Of a DNA stretch of 64,000 nt, positions 12,315 through 24,567 are shown piece after piece. The translations under genes were made by a program, and so were the position numbers. Within the stretch, counting starts at the first letter, position 1. Each line of letters starts with the position of its first letter. Under the pieces are notes generated by a model. That model was given only the letters and a program-made list of their open reading frames with translations, had not been told where the DNA came from and ran no database searches. Source of the stretch: Octopus vulgaris (taxonomy: Eukaryota); assembly GCA_951406725.2 (NCBI GenBank), contig OX597824.1, positions 68,944,001-69,008,000 on the forward strand. The letters run 5' to 3'.

Positions 12315-12890
12315 AGGGCTCGATTACGGCCCGTTGAGACCCTAAGCACTTAAAAGATTTTGGTGTCCCCATATATATTTAATGAAATATAAGCAATGAA
12401 AAAAATGCGCCCTTTTAAAGCCTAGCCAGGCTCATGGGCCCGGTTTCTCGGTTTCTATGGCGTATGTGTTCCTCAGCTGGACGGGACGCCAGTCCATCGC
12501 AGCTTTACTCATTTTTGCCAGCTGAGTGAACTGGAGCAACGTGAAATGAAGTCTTTTGCTGAAGAACACAACGCGTCGCCCGGTCCAGGAATCGAAACCA
12601 CAATCTTACGATCATGATGCTAACACCCTAACCACTAAGCCACGCGCCTCCACATATAAGCAATGATAAGCCATAAAATACATTTTAATTTTTTAAATGA
12701 AACAAAACTAATAGTAAAATAGAAAATAATGTATATTTTTGTATACTTCCACTAGATTTCTCCTACTTTTCGATTGCAAAGTCTTTGGCCAGATCCTCAA
12801 AATTAATAATACGTGACACATTCGCTTCGATGCTTAGAAGAGATAAGGCATCCCGAATATTATTTTAGCAAGTTTAAAGTTATTTCTTTT
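12315..12890 (-). mobile_element. hAT transposon 3' remnant interrupted by a SINE
   Basis: Terminus TAGGGCTCGATTACGGCCC; minus strand 12770-12855 translates DALSLLSIEANVSRIINFEDLAKDFAI, like the hAT C-terminal dimerisation region. Confidence 0.65.
12400..12653 (-). mobile_element. SINE family A variant with 13-bp target site duplication
   Basis: GGAGGCGCGTGGCTTAGTGGTTAGG head; ATATAAGCAATGA at 12387-12399 and 12654-12666. Confidence 0.9.
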
Positions 12891-12926
12891 GTGCCTTACA
12901 CCACGTACCATTTCTATAGTACTCCC

Positions 12927-13212
12927 TTACGATCGTGAGGTTGTGAGCTCGAATACCGGACCGGGCTGCGTATTGTGTTCTTGAGCAAGACACTTTATTT
13001 CACGTTGCTCCAGTTCACTCAGCTGTAGAAATGAGTTCCGACGTCACAGGTGCCAAGCTGCATCGGCCTTTCCCTTTCCCTTGAATAACACTGGTGGCGT
13101 GGAGAGGGGAGGCCGGTATGCATGGGCGACTGCTGGTCTTCCATAAACAACCTTGCCCGGACTTGTGCCCGGGAGGGTAACTTTTTTGGTGCAATCCCAT
13201 GGTAATTCATAA
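12927..13212 (+). mobile_element. SINE family A (5' truncated)
   Basis: Close match to 52546-52825. Confidence 0.9.
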
Positions 13213-13293
13213 CCTTGATGTCCTCAGTATTGATACTGCCTCTGTCGCTAATATATATTATTTTGCTCAGTGGTTCATCCAGCACTACCTCCA

Positions 13294-13615
13294 AGCGCGT
13301 GGGTTAGTGGTTAGGGGCATTCGGCTCATGATTGTAAGGTCGTGAGTTCAATTACCAGCGGTGCGTTGTGTCTTTGATCAAGACACTTTGTTTCAACGTT
13401 GCTTCAGTCCACTCAGCTGGCAAAAATGAGTAGTACCTGTATTTCAAAGGGCCAGCCTTGTCACACACTGTGTCACGCTGAATCTCCTCGAGAACTACGT
13501 TAAGGATACACGTGTTTGTGGAGTGCTCAGCCACTTGCACATTAATTTCACGAGCAAGCTGTTCCATTGATCGTATCAGCTGGAAGCCTCGTCGTCGCAA
13601 CCGACAGAGTGCTCC
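13294..13615 (+). mobile_element. SINE family A2
   Basis: GCGCGTGGGTTAGTGGTTAGG head, shared core, tail GTCGTCGCAACCGAC. Confidence 0.9.
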
Positions 13616-13689
13616 TTCACCTCCAAGCTGGAGCAACACATTACCATTGATGAAGGAGGTGTTTGTTTAAGGAAATACCACCACTGTGA

Positions 13690-14255
13690 AGAGTATCATT
13701 TTACAGACAGGCGAACAAGTTTAAAGAAGGCCAAACCAAGATTGGTTTCAACTTTTGTTACAAACCCAGTAGATTTTGGGGTTAGGCTAAGTCCATTGGT
13801 ACTTATTTTATCGACTCCGAAAGGATGAGAGGCAAAATCGGCCTCGGCACAATTTGAACAGAAAACGTAAGGTCGAACGAAATGCCGCAAAGCATTTTGC
13901 CAGGCGATTCTGCCAGTTCATCGCCGTATAGGAAAAACCAACATTGAAGACAAACTAACGTTACAGATAAACCAATATTATAGACAAACTACTCAGTGAC
14001 CATAAACTTCTGACTCTGACGTGAATCACCAGCAAATTGACGAATAGATTCGCGTGGACAGGTGAATCACAATACACAAACTTGCCGAGCAACTAGACTG
14101 TAGTCACAATATGATAGCAATGCATTAGAAAAAATGTTAGATATTGGAAAGTTTGTGTGAAGTGGATACCTCGGAGCCCGATTTGAAGGAGAGAAGAGTG
14201 GAAATTTGATTTGTTCTGCTGGAAGCATTTGAAAGCCAGGGAACACATTTTCTTC
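13690..14255 (+). mobile_element. Decayed mariner transposase N-terminal remnant, interrupted by SINE C (13745-13927, minus)
   Basis: Pieces translate RQANKFKEG, IDE*IRVDR*ITIHKLAEQLDCSH, VCVKWIPR, LKERRVEI, resembling the HTH and WVPH linker of mariner. Confidence 0.55.
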
Positions 14256-14329
14256 TCTTTTTCTTTCTTTTTTTTTTACCAATGTGCTGAGAGAAAATAA
14301 AACCTGGGCACATGTTTCTGATCCGATAA

Positions 14330-14598
14330 GTAAAGCAAGCTTTACTATATTTAAGATATAGATGACTTCTATTTGATATAAGATCGCTTCCGCATTACAA
14401 GAGTGATCAAGTAGACATACATTTGTATTTCTACATACGTTTTTAGCCTGCGGTAATTTACATTCGTGATTAAGATAGTTATTCGACAGTTCTCGCTGAA
14501 ATGATTATATTTAAGATATAGAAGTCATCTATATCTTAAATATAATCATTCCACACGGCATAAGTATTGCAAAGGTATGTTGAAAGCTTGCTTTACGC
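14330..14598. repeat. Templated insertion copied from 15584-15793
   Basis: 14346-14501 is the reverse complement of 15584-15739; 14518-14598 repeats 15713-15793; perfect 23-bp inverted repeat at 14500-14550. Confidence 0.9.
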
Positions 14599-15250
14599 AT
14601 AATCAGTCCGTAGAATCGATGTATCTTTTCTCCAAAGCTTATGCAATTCAAGAGTTAGCGACGGGCAGAAAAAAAGTTTTGTAAGTTTTGCATGCCCCTA
14701 ACGAAACCCGTCTTCGCCAGGCTTCTGGAATGGCCAGATGAATGGAGAGGTCTAGGAAGTCCAAGATGACTACGAGAAGATGCGCTGCTATTGATCAAGG
14801 AAGGTCACATGTCGCTTGGTAATATTATTTCACAAACTTAATAAATTTACCTACAAACAATTGCATAATAAAAACTACCCAAAATTACAAAAAGACTTGT
14901 GAAAACGGAATGATATATAAATTCTCAGTAAGCAATTCAGCTAAAATAGTAAGTTGTTAATATGTTTAAATGGTAAGTTAAACGTGAATCGTATATCACA
15001 ATAAATGATCACAAAAATAATACTGTTGTGTATCAAATGTATGTTAATTAATAACGAAAAAGAAAAGCGAAATAGGATTAGTAAAGAACACTATCATAAG
15101 GGTTATTGATAAAAGCGTTCTGAAAGCAAATAGATTCCAGAAATAGAATAACGGTAATGCTCTAATTTATAAGTGCTAGCAACAAACGATTGTAAGTTTA
15201 GTCAATTTGACATAGTCGACGTTTATCCTTCGATTTCTAAATCTCTCTAT

Positions 15251-15358
15251 AGGCGCAGGATTGGGTGGGTAGTTAGAAGTTTGCTTCCCAACCACATGGT
15301 GCCGGATTCAAGCCACACTGTGTGGGACATTGGGTAAGTATTTTCTTCTATAGCCTTG
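15251..15358 (+). mobile_element. SINE family B head
   Basis: AGGCGCAGG..TTGCTTCCCAACCACATGG..TCTTCTATAGCC. Confidence 0.7.
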
Positions 15359-15369
15359 GAAAATCTTTG

Positions 15370-15990
15370 AACTCACATCCAACAAAAGCCATCCACAAGT
15401 GTCTCTTTTTGCTAAAATTGAGTTAACTGTTTCTGCAAAGATAAGAGTATCTACAACTACATCATTCCACCTTGTAATACTAAAAGAGATCCCATAGGAT
15501 TATTAGCTCAAACCCTTTTTTTTCCACAAACATTAAGTAAAATGCTGCTAAAAATTTTCTATTAGCAACTGCTACTGAAAACTTTTCAGCGAGAACTGTC
15601 GAATAACTATCTTAATCACGAATGTAAATTAACGCAGGCTAAAAACGTATGTAGAAATACAAATGTATGTCTACTTGATCACTCTTGTAATGCGGAAGCG
15701 ATCTTATATCAAATAGAAGTCATCTACGTCTTAAATATAACCATTCCACACGGCATAAGTATTGCAAAGGTATGTTGAAAGATTGCTTTACGCGTCATCA
15801 TGGTTCATTCAAACATCAGGCATTGTCGAGTTACATCAAACATTTGAAAGACCGTACTGTTGGTTTGGATATCAATGGAAACTGCTATGGAAGAGCAGGG
15901 CGTACCTTAATGAGTTGGAAACACGCAACAGTTGTACAATAGAAGACAGGATAAGATTGAATAACATAAAAATTTCCAGCAAGAAGTTTT
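15370..15990 (+). pseudogene. Decayed Penelope-like RT C-terminus and GIY-YIG endonuclease
   Basis: KRSHRIISSNPFFSTNIK*NAAKNFL (cf. RKIIWFNPPFS..N.GK.FL), VCRNTNVCLLDHSCNAEAILYQIEV, ALSSYIKHLKD, WKLLWKSRAY..NSCTIE. Confidence 0.6.
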
Positions 15991-16532
15991 AAGAAATGCA
16001 ACTATTTCCATAAATATATCAGATATAAGAAATCCACATTAACTGAACTAAACAAACTAAAATTCGTCTCTTATAATTGGGCTGTTTCATCGTAAATGTG
16101 TAATTCTTTAATTTAATAGTTTGGATATTGACTGCGTCAAATATTTGATCTAAGTGTGCTTGCATATTACAAAAAAAAAAAAAAAAAGCCTAGCTGTTGA
16201 ATGGTTATACAATTTTTTTAATGTAAATTTAAACTTCAAATATAAAATCCGTGAATTCAAATATAAAATTCGCAAATTTGACACTAAAAATTCAGAATTC
16301 AATGTCGTCATTTTTCGCTTTTGCAGCCTTTCATACTGTGAGCGTAAACATAGTGACAGGAATGTAAATATGTGAAAGTCAGTTAGTACGTTTTAAACAT
16401 TGTAGCATGATATCCATGCAAGTATATAGTGAAAATTTATAACTGAAATACACACAGCAAATTATTATTAGACAAAATAACTTATACATATGAGAAGACT
16501 AGCTAACTATTATACACCATAAGGAACGACAA

Positions 16533-16762
16533 GGCGGCGAGCTGGCAGAAACGTTAGCACGCCGGGCGAAATGCATAGCCGTATTTCGTCTCTCGTTATG
16601 TTCAGAGTTCAAATTCCGCCGAGGTCGACTTTGCCTTTCATCTTTTCGGGGTCGATAAATTAAGTACCAGTTACGCACTGGGGTCGATGTAATCAACTTA
16701 ATTCGTTTGTCTGTCCTTGTTTGTCCCCTCTGTGTTTAGCCCCTTGTGGGTAATAAAGAAAC
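16533..16762 (+). mobile_element. SINE family C, full length
   Basis: GGCGGCGAGCTGGCAGAAACGTTAGCACGCCGGGCG..GTTCAAATTCCGCC..CCCCTTGTGGGTAATAAAGAAA. Confidence 0.9.
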
Positions 16763-17099
16763 ATATACACTATAATGAACGACAATGCGAAAGGGCTTAT
16801 AGTTAAAAATAGAAGTTTATGGTGGATGCTTCAGTTCACGACGGCTGTTTTTAATGCTAAAGACTCATGCATATAACGTTATAATGCTTTTTAATAATGT
16901 ATACTGATTAATCCTATGTAAAAAGGAAATGGACAAAGGCAGCAAACTATTAGACTCCAGAAGATAAGATTGTAAGAAACTTGTGATAGTAGAAAAATGT
17001 AGAAAAAACTAATTAACATATTTAAGTAGATTAATCTACTGATTAAAATAGACGCTTAACTTAAAAGAGTAAATTTCGCAGGCTTTACACTAAAGCCGA

Positions 17100-17720
17100 A
17101 TACGGGTATGCACTACCCATATCATTTGGTGAAGCATACCCATGCTATATAACTTCATTAAGAAGCAGGGATTTCAATGAGAAGCTAACGTATATATACC
17201 TTGTCAAACTCTAATCGATGAAACAAGAAAATAATAATATTTAAACTTACCATACAATATAAAGGTCTCCTCAGAAATAGTGCTATTTTTCCTAAAATTC
17301 CAAAAGATACATTCTTTTCTTATAGAGACCAGTGTTTATATTAGCTGTTATTATAAATTATCCTAACACAAATATAACTGTAGAGGTAATAATGAATACA
17401 TAATGATAATGATGAATAGATGTTGAAGTTGGTGTTTCGAGCTGATGCAAATATGCATCGAGCTTGCTGACGGATAATCAGATGAATATCCACGGCATTA
17501 TCAATGAATATTTGGTATTCGTAGGACAAAAAAATTAAGATACCTACAATCAAATGGAGTAAAACTCTAAATGCGAAGCCATGCAACGGTTGCAGTAGAT
17601 ATTGCCACATGTATATAGCAGAGAAATTTAAGCTACTCACCCTGTTCACTAATATTTTGAACGGGAGTGAAGAAGCTTTTTCCACTCACCCCCAAACAAG
17701 AATATGACAGATACAACCCT
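17100..17720 (+). pseudogene. Decayed Penelope-like GIY-YIG region
   Basis: STALSMNIWYS*DKKIKIPTIKWSKTLNAKPCNGCSRYCHMYIAEKF resembles the PLE C-terminal T.LS.YIW.LK..I.W..AKPY..C.LC..EK motif. Confidence 0.6.
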
Positions 17721-18358
17721 TTAGGCATTCCTACTCCAGATTCATTTCAAAGAGAAACCGGTTTAGTGCTTGTTCATTTAGGTCAAGAACTGGAATAAAA
17801 CAGCACCTAAATTTACGTATATATATATCACAATTTTTCACATAATTTTTAATGAGGGTGGTTTAATTATAAATAGATAATGAGCAGAGGCCGTCACTTT
17901 AGCATAGGACTTGTTACTGAAGATGTAACGCGGAATGCGATTAAGGCAGCAAATATGTACATCGGAGAGGGTGTTTTCGTGATCTGAAGCTGAATTTCCT
18001 TTCAATCACAAATACTCTGTCTTTAAAATAGAGAACGGGGCAGTAGACCGATCTAAAAAAATGACCAGATGGTCACATTTGAAATGATGGATTTCATCGT
18101 GCGTTTGTTCGGTCGAGTCTGAGCTCGGGTTAGAAGCAATAATAACACAGCTCAGTTCTCACTTCTGAGTGTAGTCTATATAGTTGTTATAAGATCATTT
18201 CTGATCAACGAACCCCACCTACAATATACCTAGAAACCATTTGGACAGATTCCATCTCATTCTGGTATAGAGTTTGTTTATATATACTGATAAATACATA
18301 TATACATACATACGTACATTCATATGCATATACATACATATATGTATTTATATGTCTT

Positions 18359-18415
<57 letters not shown>

Positions 18416-18590
18416 ATGCATCTACATATACTTGTATATATTTATTTATTCATTTACATGTGTGTATGTATATATATATATATATATACCGCGTGGTATG
18501 ATTTTCAACAAGTATTATAGCATTCAATCAAGGCTTTTTGTGGATTTTATTGTGTGTGTATATGCGCGCGTGTGTGGTGTGTGCATGTGT

Positions 18591-18622
<32 letters not shown>

Positions 18623-19131
18623 ACGTGCATGTGCACGTTTTTTTTGTTTTTTTTTTTGTGTGGGCACACGCACGCGCGCGTGAAACAAAAGACAAACAAC
18701 AGGAAATTGCTGATCGGAGAGCGAAGACGTCGAGTGGGCGAGAAGCAAAAAAACAAAGCCGAATTGCAGCCGCGTTTGATTTCCATTGGCCGGGACGAAT
18801 GGATTACCAACTTCAGGAACAATATCCAGAGTTGCAAGGAAGAGAAAATAAACAAATGAAACACCTGAATGAAACTAGGAAAAAACAAAAAAAACACACA
18901 CACAATCATAACAAAACAAAACAAAAAACACAAAGTAGGGTAAAAAAAAAAAAAAAAAAACTACAACCCCAAATTGATTTAATACGCCAAAGTTCTAGCA
19001 GTTATTTTTTTTTCTACAATTTCCATTCTATCGCCAGCATACCACAACTACCACTATCCTCCTCCTCCTCCGCCTCCATCATCTACTACTATTACAACTA
19101 CTACTACTCATCATCATCATCATCATCATCA

Positions 19132-19197
<66 letters not shown>

Positions 19198-19427
19198 GGT
19201 TTCTTTGTTCCATCCCCTTCCATAATATTTGAATATTTTTGTCTTCTTGCGTTACCGCATCGATAAGAGGTTACACATACACACATACATACACATGCAC
19301 ACACATATATGTATATATGTATTTTTGTATGTATGTATACACACATATGTTGCACATATATATGTGTATCTATCTATCTATCTATCTATCTATCTGTACC
19401 TACATATATAAATACATATATGTATAC

Positions 19428-19503
<76 letters not shown>

Positions 19504-19551
19504 GTGTATATATATTACGTATATGTATTTATGTATATATATGTATATACT

Positions 19552-19604
<53 letters not shown>

Positions 19605-20094
19605 GATAAAATGAGTGTAATTACAGAATCAGTTCTAAGTGTTTGCTAAAACAACACTGGTATGTGCCTCTGGTCCGCTTTTCAGTCACGATTGAACATG
19701 TAATAAACACTAGTTTATATTGATTGACTTTATTTGCGAAGTTTACCTTAGCTCTTGCACACCTTTTGTGTGTGTTTGTGTGAGTTGTTTGTTTTTTTCA
19801 TTGTGGGTTTTTTTATTCATTATGTTATCGTTCGAGTTTCGAGTAAGTGTCACTTGAGCGCCGTTTGAAAGACAGGGGAAGGAAGCAAATAGAATCTGAG
19901 ACCAGTAAAGTTAATGATAGAAAAGACGGGAAGGTAAACAGACCAGGTGTCTGATACAAAAGTGTATACATATATATAATCTCCCCCGCGCAGGCGTACG
20001 TTTCTATATGCTGCATGTGTTTGTACTTATAAAAGTAAATATACCACGCATGCGCTTAAGCGCACGCACACTCACATATGAATATACATATATT

Positions 20095-20134
<40 letters not shown>

Positions 20135-20162
20135 TGCACATACATATATCGATATGCATATA

Positions 20163-20241
<79 letters not shown>

Positions 20242-20248
20242 ATATATA

Positions 20249-20301
<53 letters not shown>

Positions 20302-20516
20302 TTGTACACACACACATATCTATATTCAGTATTATGACCTTATGCTTATGTGAATTAAAGAAACGAGAAAATGGCGAACATAAAAAAAAAACAGGCCGTT
20401 CAGGCTAAATTTAACAATTTGCATAAAAGGAAAATGAAGCAGTATCACATCCGAAACTCAGATTAATTTAAGAAATCAAAAAATATGAGCTAGATTATGC
20501 CTGGAAAATAGCAGCA

Positions 20517-20650
20517 TATTCAAAGTATCCGCCCTCACCTCTCACTACGGCTTCAAGACGGCTCAGGAACTTAGTGCCTGATTTCTTCTCTGTGTCACTT
20601 GGAAAATCTTAGAATACCTCCTTCATCCTGGCCTCAAGCTCGGCCACGAT
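20517..20650 (-). mobile_element. Tc1/mariner (DD37D/maT-like) transposase C-terminal remnant
   Basis: Minus strand AELEARMKEVF..FLSRLEAVVRGEGGYFE. Confidence 0.7.
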
Positions 20651-20715
20651 CGTGAAATTTAGCCCAAACATCTTGTACGGAGATATTCATTTCGAATTAT
20701 ATCGTAAAACATTTA

Positions 20716-20744
20716 AACGTTTCAGCGCTTATTCACCTCATCAG
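20716..20744 (-). ncRNA. Hammerhead core motif remnant
   Basis: CTGATGA-GGTG AATAAG CGCT-GAAA-CG-TT on the minus strand; stem I not evident. Confidence 0.4.
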
Positions 20745-21149
20745 TCGCAGCTGAACAAAACTAGAAAGAAAAAAATATTCACTTAGACATATAATGTATA
20801 GCATTTATTGACAACACCAGTTGGTTGGCATAGAAATCGACCAGGAACAAAAGAACGAACCAGTCAATTTGTATATCATCGAGAAAACTACAGAACAGCT
20901 GTGAAAAATACATTCAGAGTTTTTTTGTTTTTGTTTCTAAGAGGAATATAAAAATTAGGATTCGTTCCAATATTTGCCAGGGGGTATATAGTAGACAGAT
21001 ACACATGGTAGCATGTGCTTGTTATTCTAAGTAAGGTAATTATCGTTGAAATTGCACAACGAATAAACAGACAGTCACAATGAGGACTTTATGTCTATAT
21101 GAATTAAACAAGTGTGGAAAGTGGGCGTAAAATATGCGCAACAATGAAA

Positions 21150-21430
21150 GGTTGGAATAATTACCCTAAATACGTATATTTCTGATACTTGCCTGCTTTG
21201 GAATAACTTTAAATGTCTGAGAGATGTTTCTTGCTGAGAATGCTCTTTATAACAGTATTTGTTCACGTGATCTCTAAGATTTCGATTCAAAATTACATAA
21301 GAAAAGGTTACCGGGTATTGTGTCTGCATCCGTTATTACTATTGAACAGTGTTTTACCAGTTTTATTGCTCTTAATCGTTATCTCATAACATATGTCACT
21401 GCGTATTTTTTTGACCAAGCACGTATTGAG
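21150..21430 (-). pseudogene. Possible highly decayed Penelope-like GIY-YIG remnant
   Basis: CLVK.., YEITIKSNKT, DHVNKYCYKEHSQQETSL loosely resemble PLE endonuclease motifs. Confidence 0.3.
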
Positions 21431-22241
21431 ATATTGTCTTAATGTATCGCTTTTGTACCAATATCTCACTTTTAATTTAAACATAACGTCCTTCACAAAG
21501 ACAGCTTTTATTTCCTGAATATGAAGACTGTCTAACGAACAATAAGTGTTTCAAATAAACAGTTAATTGAAAGATATACGAGTTACTTAGCTTTGTCACT
21601 CGTAGATATTAGGGAAATGTAGGCTGTCGAAAATGTCCCTACATATTCTTAAATGCTCCTATACAGCATAAACATTACTGTTGTTTAAAGAAAGTGGATC
21701 ATTTGTTGCAGGCCATCTACATGTGATACTCAATGCAATCTTCAATATTATTTTTATTAATTCACTGGTACACGTGCAGATATCTAAATCAATATAATTC
21801 TGCATCTCTGCATCGTGAATATGGCCGATTATCAGTTACCTTGACATTAAATAAACAGATTGACTCTAAGCATGGTCATGTAGTTGAGAAGTTCACTTCA
21901 CCACTGTACAATTTCGGATTCGATCTCGATTCAAGGTATCTTGAGAAAATGTTTTCAACCACAGCCTCTTGTTGTTCGAAGTCTGGTGAGTGAAATTTTG
22001 TAGTGGGAAACTATGTCAATGCCGATATGTTCCTATTTTTGGATGATAAACCAAATTCAATGAGCAACGAATGTGGTGTTGCTGGTGGTGGGCTCTGGGG
22101 TAAATTAGTGAAACCCACTCTTTTGAAATCCTTCAAACCGGATCTCCGGCCTTAGTATAATATTTTTTCTTTCTACCCACAATTAGCGGAGGTGCTAAAA
22201 AGAGTCATAGATGCCATATTCCACATTGGAATAAGCAAGTA

Positions 22242-22762
22242 TTGTAAATCCTCGAGTATAATCCGCATTTTTTCCCAAAATTTAAAGGTCAAAATCCCTA
22301 GTGGGTACTATATACAAGGTTTAAAATGAAAAATACTTTCTAAGCAATGTCCGAGTCTCTATTTGCTGTCCAGTAATGTTTATTCAGACGCATTTTGTGA
22401 TGTCAGGCATGAAAATACCTTAAGCTAAGCCTGAAAGCAATGAAGTCATAAAAGAATCAGTCATAACTTTCAGTAAGCAACATTTATTCAAATAAAAGTA
22501 TTCAGAACACAGAATAACATGTAACAAAAAGAATTTGCAAACATATTTACATTCCCATATAACAGTTAAGAACATCACCATTATTGTATTACGCATGCGC
22601 GGAAGTGTTTGTTCTACGAGGTGCTGCTGGCTTAATTACGCACGACTCAAGTTAGAGAAGGAGTGCGTATTATACACAAGCTTTCGGTTTTTCAGAGATA
22701 CAGCCCCCTAAAAATCCCCTGCGTATTATACTCAAAGGCGGACTATACTCGAAGATTTACGG
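22242..22762. mobile_element. Non-autonomous Tc1/mariner (pogo/Tc2-like) element
   Basis: TIRs TTGTAAATCCTCGAGTATAATCCGC and GCGGACTATACTCGAAGATTTACGG, each flanked by TA. Confidence 0.8.
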
Positions 22763-23345
22763 TAATAAAACAGGTTCTTACAGGGCAATATTAATGCTGT
22801 AGTGTCTCCAACAAGTCTCTCTACTAATCTTGTCAGTTACTTTTGCATTGAGCTTCATTGAAAGTGTTAAGCTTCACACGAAACACGTGATAGAAGGTAA
22901 ACTATGTTACATCCTAAGCGAAGAAAATGGAGCAAAGTTTGAACATTACAAAGCATGTAGGAAATCGAATTTCGCCTAACAGTGAGATGTGAGAATGAAT
23001 TAAGAGTGAAAAAGTGGCTTACATCCGGAGAGGTTTCCGTCATCGTGTGCTTTGAACATTGTAATAACTGCAGTTTTAGAAATGCAAGATATGGAACCAA
23101 TTAAATTAATCGATAAAATGTATTGCTGGACCTTATAAATGTCTTCATCAAAACTGGATCATACGATAATGCATCACAACAAAAGGGTTTATAAGCAGCG
23201 GTATGTGGGACGGTAACGGAGGGTCAACAGCCTGGAGATAAGTAACTCACTGGATTGTCATTGGACAATACATTCACAAACATACAAACATACAAACACA
23301 CACACACACACACGTATATAAGTGCATGTATATAAATCAATCTCA

Positions 23346-23385
<40 letters not shown>

Positions 23386-23717
23386 GTCTCTTTCTTTCTT
23401 TTTCTCTCTCTCTCAATGTATCCCTCTTTTTTCTTCCTTTCTTTCTTTTTTCTTTCTTTCTTTTTTCATTCTTTCTTTCTTTTTTTCTTTCTTTCTTTCT
23501 CTCTCTCTCCACACACACACACACACACACACATATGGAGGCGCAGGCGTGGCTGTGTGGTAGAAAGCAGCGAATGTATACAAAACAAAGACGGAAAAAG
23601 AAAACAGATATGTTACACAAATAGAAATAAAAGGACATAACAACAGGTGTCTTTCGACTACGGACGAATTAAATTAAGCTGGCGTTTGAGGAAGTAAAGC
23701 CTTACGGCAAGGATATA

Positions 23718-23752
<35 letters not shown>

Positions 23753-23760
23753 TACACGTA

Positions 23761-23866
<106 letters not shown>

Positions 23867-23904
23867 GATATATAAATATAGATGTAGATATATACATGTA
23901 TGTA

Positions 23905-24350
23905 TATATAGTTGAAATTTATAGTAAAACAAAAGAGGAAGACAGGTGTCTGACGCTTAGGAAAGTGGGAAAGTCTTTTACGCTTCGAGCCTACGCTCTT
24001 CAATATAAAGGAATAAGAGAAAATAAACAGAGAGAGAAAAAAAAAACTTGTGGATTTAACGGTCAAACATGGCGACTAGTTGGGAAAAATTGGTTTGACA
24101 GGGATACGTAGAAAGAAGGGGAGATAATAAATTATGGGTGATCCCAAAACCAGGGTGTGGGGAGGGCAGAGTGGCGGTCAATGAAGAGACAAGGTGGATA
24201 GGAGTGAAGAGAGGAGAGGAGGGAAGTTGAGTTCATGTGGCGCAAAGGAGAAACGTAAAAGACTTGCGCACTTTCTCGAGCGCCAAACTAATACACCTGC
24301 TTGTTGTTTATACACCTGTCTTCGTCGTTTGTTTTTCTTTAACTTTCAAA
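23905..24350 (-). mobile_element. Penelope-like 3' end with inverted terminal copy
   Basis: Minus strand SFAPHELN (cf. TL.P.GLN at the PLE C-terminus), then UTR and hammerhead motif (23975-24010); 24250-24350 is an inverted copy of the terminus. Confidence 0.7.
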
Positions 24351-24369
24351 TACATGCATATATACGTGT

Positions 24370-24567
24370 GTGTGTGTGTTTGTGTTTATCCTCCCACCAT
24401 CGCTTGACAACTAATGTTGGTGTGTTTATGCCCCCGTAACTTAGCTGTTCGGCAAAAAATAACCGATAGAATAGCTACTAAGCTTGCAAAGAAGTTCTGG
24501 GGTCGATTTTTTCGACTAAAGGTGGTGCTCCAGCATGGCCGCAGTCAAATGGGTGAAACAAATAAAA
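24370..24567 (+). mobile_element. SINE family B, 3' half
   Basis: CGCTTGACAAC..GGTGCTCCAGCATGGCCGCAGTCAAATG. Confidence 0.85.

Noticed and set aside
18786-18808. Minus-strand TCGTCCCGGCC resembling the 3' half of miR-92
   Set aside because: The seed does not match and there is no complementary arm.
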